Source: Verrucomicrobiota bacterium (GTDB taxonomy: Bacteria > Verrucomicrobiota > Verrucomicrobiia > Limisphaerales > UBA8199). Taken from it: a DNA stretch of 64,000 nt. The notes beneath the pieces were generated by a model, which ran no database searches, was not told the origin of the DNA, and saw nothing but the letters and a program-made list of their open reading frames with translations. The position numbers and the translations under genes are program-made. Shown piece by piece: positions 63,059-64,000 of this stretch. Each line of letters begins with the position of its first letter. Position 1 is the first letter of the stretch. Location: assembly GCA_003176045.1 (NCBI GenBank), contig PSRM01000108.1, positions 4,171 through 68,170 on the forward strand, written 5' to 3'.

Positions 63059-64000
63059 GATCCCGACCCGGAACCGCGCAGGGTTTCTGCGCGAGACGCT
63101 CACGGCTTTCGAGCAACAGATTCGGCGCGATAAAATCGCACCGGAAATCGTCCGCATCCGGATCTCCGATAATTGTTCAACCGACCCCACCCCCGAGGTC
63201 GCGAAGGAGTTTGCGGCACGCCTGCCCAACCTGACCTACCTGCGTAATCCCGAAAACATCGGCGGGGACAGGAACTTCCTGCGCTGCATAAAGCTTGCGG
63301 AGGGCGAGTATTGCTGGGTCGTAGGCGATGACGACATCATCAATCCCCATGCCCTGGAGCACGTGCTCAACGCCTTACATACCGAAAAGCCGGGGCTGAT
63401 CATCGCTTTGGATACCAATTATCCCGCCAAACTGAAACGGCCAGCGCGCTTCGCAAGCTTTCGCGATCTAGCCGCCGAGTGCTCCCGGGTGAACCTGCAC
63501 CTATTGGCAGAGCACAGCCTTATCACCTCGAACATTTACCGCACCGAGGTTTTTGATACCGCGTTCTCCGAAGCTATGATGCACACCTTTTACGCGCACA
63601 TGTACGGCCTGGTTCATGGCCTGGCCAAACGCGGCGGTTCAGTTTATTTGCCCGATTCGCCGATCATCACCGTGCGCGAGCGCCGGGCTGCCGCCGTGGA
63701 CGGCGTGTGGCCCGACATCATCGAGAAAGCGTGGGTGGATTATTTAACGTGGATGAAGCGCGAACTGGACCTGCCGGAAATGCACCCCGAGCAGATTCTG
63801 GAGTATGCGCGGAGAGTGCTTTTGCGCAAAATCATGCGCAATCCCGCCAAATACATCTCCAACAACCTGCCGTTTTTGCTCCAAGCCAGTTCTTACAGAT
63901 GGTTCGCTCGCCGGGTTTGGTTTATGCTCCGTGGCATGCCGAACGGGAAAACGAACCCTGTTGGCGAGAGGTTTGGGGCCAGTCCAGGCGAAGAAAAGCG
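63036..64000 (+). CDS. Family 2 glycosyltransferase (3' end beyond the window)
   Basis: Own translation from ATG 63036: MPEFLSIGIPTRNRAGFLRETLTAFEQQ...ISDNCSTD...NIGGDRNFLRCIKLAEGEYCWVVGDDD. The frame is open to 64000. Confidence 0.8.
   Translation, partial: MPEFLSIGIPTRNRAGFLRETLTAFEQQIRRDKIAPEIVRIRISDNCSTDPTPEVAKEFAARLPNLTYLRNPENIGGDRNFLRCIKLAEGEYCWVVGDDDIINPHALEHVLNALHTEKPGLIIALDTNYPAKLKRPARFASFRDLAAECSRVNLHLLAEHSLITSNIYRTEVFDTAFSEAMMHTFYAHMYGLVHGLAKRGGSVYLPDSPIITVRERRAAAVDGVWPDIIEKAWVDYLTWMKRELDLPEMHPEQILEYARRVLLRKIMRNPAKYISNNLPFLLQASSYRWFARRVWFMLRGMPNGKTNPVGERFGASPGEEK

Noticed and set aside
1-64000. Search by eye for tRNA, rRNA, tmRNA, RNase P or riboswitch-like conserved cores in the intergenic regions.
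   Set aside because: I found no T-loop (GGTTCGAATCC-like) or other diagnostic core. Intergenic space is accounted for by repeats. A covariance-model scan would be needed to exclude small RNAs.

Overview
GC-rich bacterial chromosome segment. By inference it comes from the PVC superphylum, most likely Verrucomicrobiota: it has an H-X9-DG prepilin-like protein, an ECF sigma paired with a Ser/Thr-kinase-WD40 protein, giant beta-helix surface proteins, and very repeat-rich spacers. Content from left to right: (1) an eight-gene chemosensory operon on the minus strand (REC, CheA, CheW, soluble MCP, CheR, CheB, CheY, CheC-like); (2) an ECF sigma plus a membrane Ser/Thr kinase with WD40 repeats; (3) a 1619-aa Kelch/Ig/RCC1/HYR surface protein; (4) a housekeeping block (M24 aminopeptidase, upp, sppA, tmk, cysS); (5) a prepilin-like gene and an exported-protein gene; (6) a REC-GAF-PAS histidine kinase; (7) an ECF sigma with a fused membrane/coiled-coil extension; (8) a 2826-aa four-module beta-helix protein carrying a metzincin plus Calx-beta insert; (9) a lipid/alkane-type cluster (FadL, HxxxDG acyltransferase, Zn-ADH, VOC, AlkB-like); (10) a ~12 kb lower-GC accessory island (50.8-62.9 kb) flanked by ~136-bp imperfect direct repeats, encoding ankyrin, macrodomain, many small exported proteins or lipoproteins, and an ECF/anti-sigma pair; (11) a partial GT2 glycosyltransferase. 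Two things stand out. The first is a pervasive set of 6-12-nt tandem arrays at gene boundaries. Three of them lie inside the leader-coding region of exported proteins, which is the geometry of a slipped-strand switch. The second is the repeat-bounded island. No rRNA, tRNA, CRISPR, integrase or transposase was recognised.
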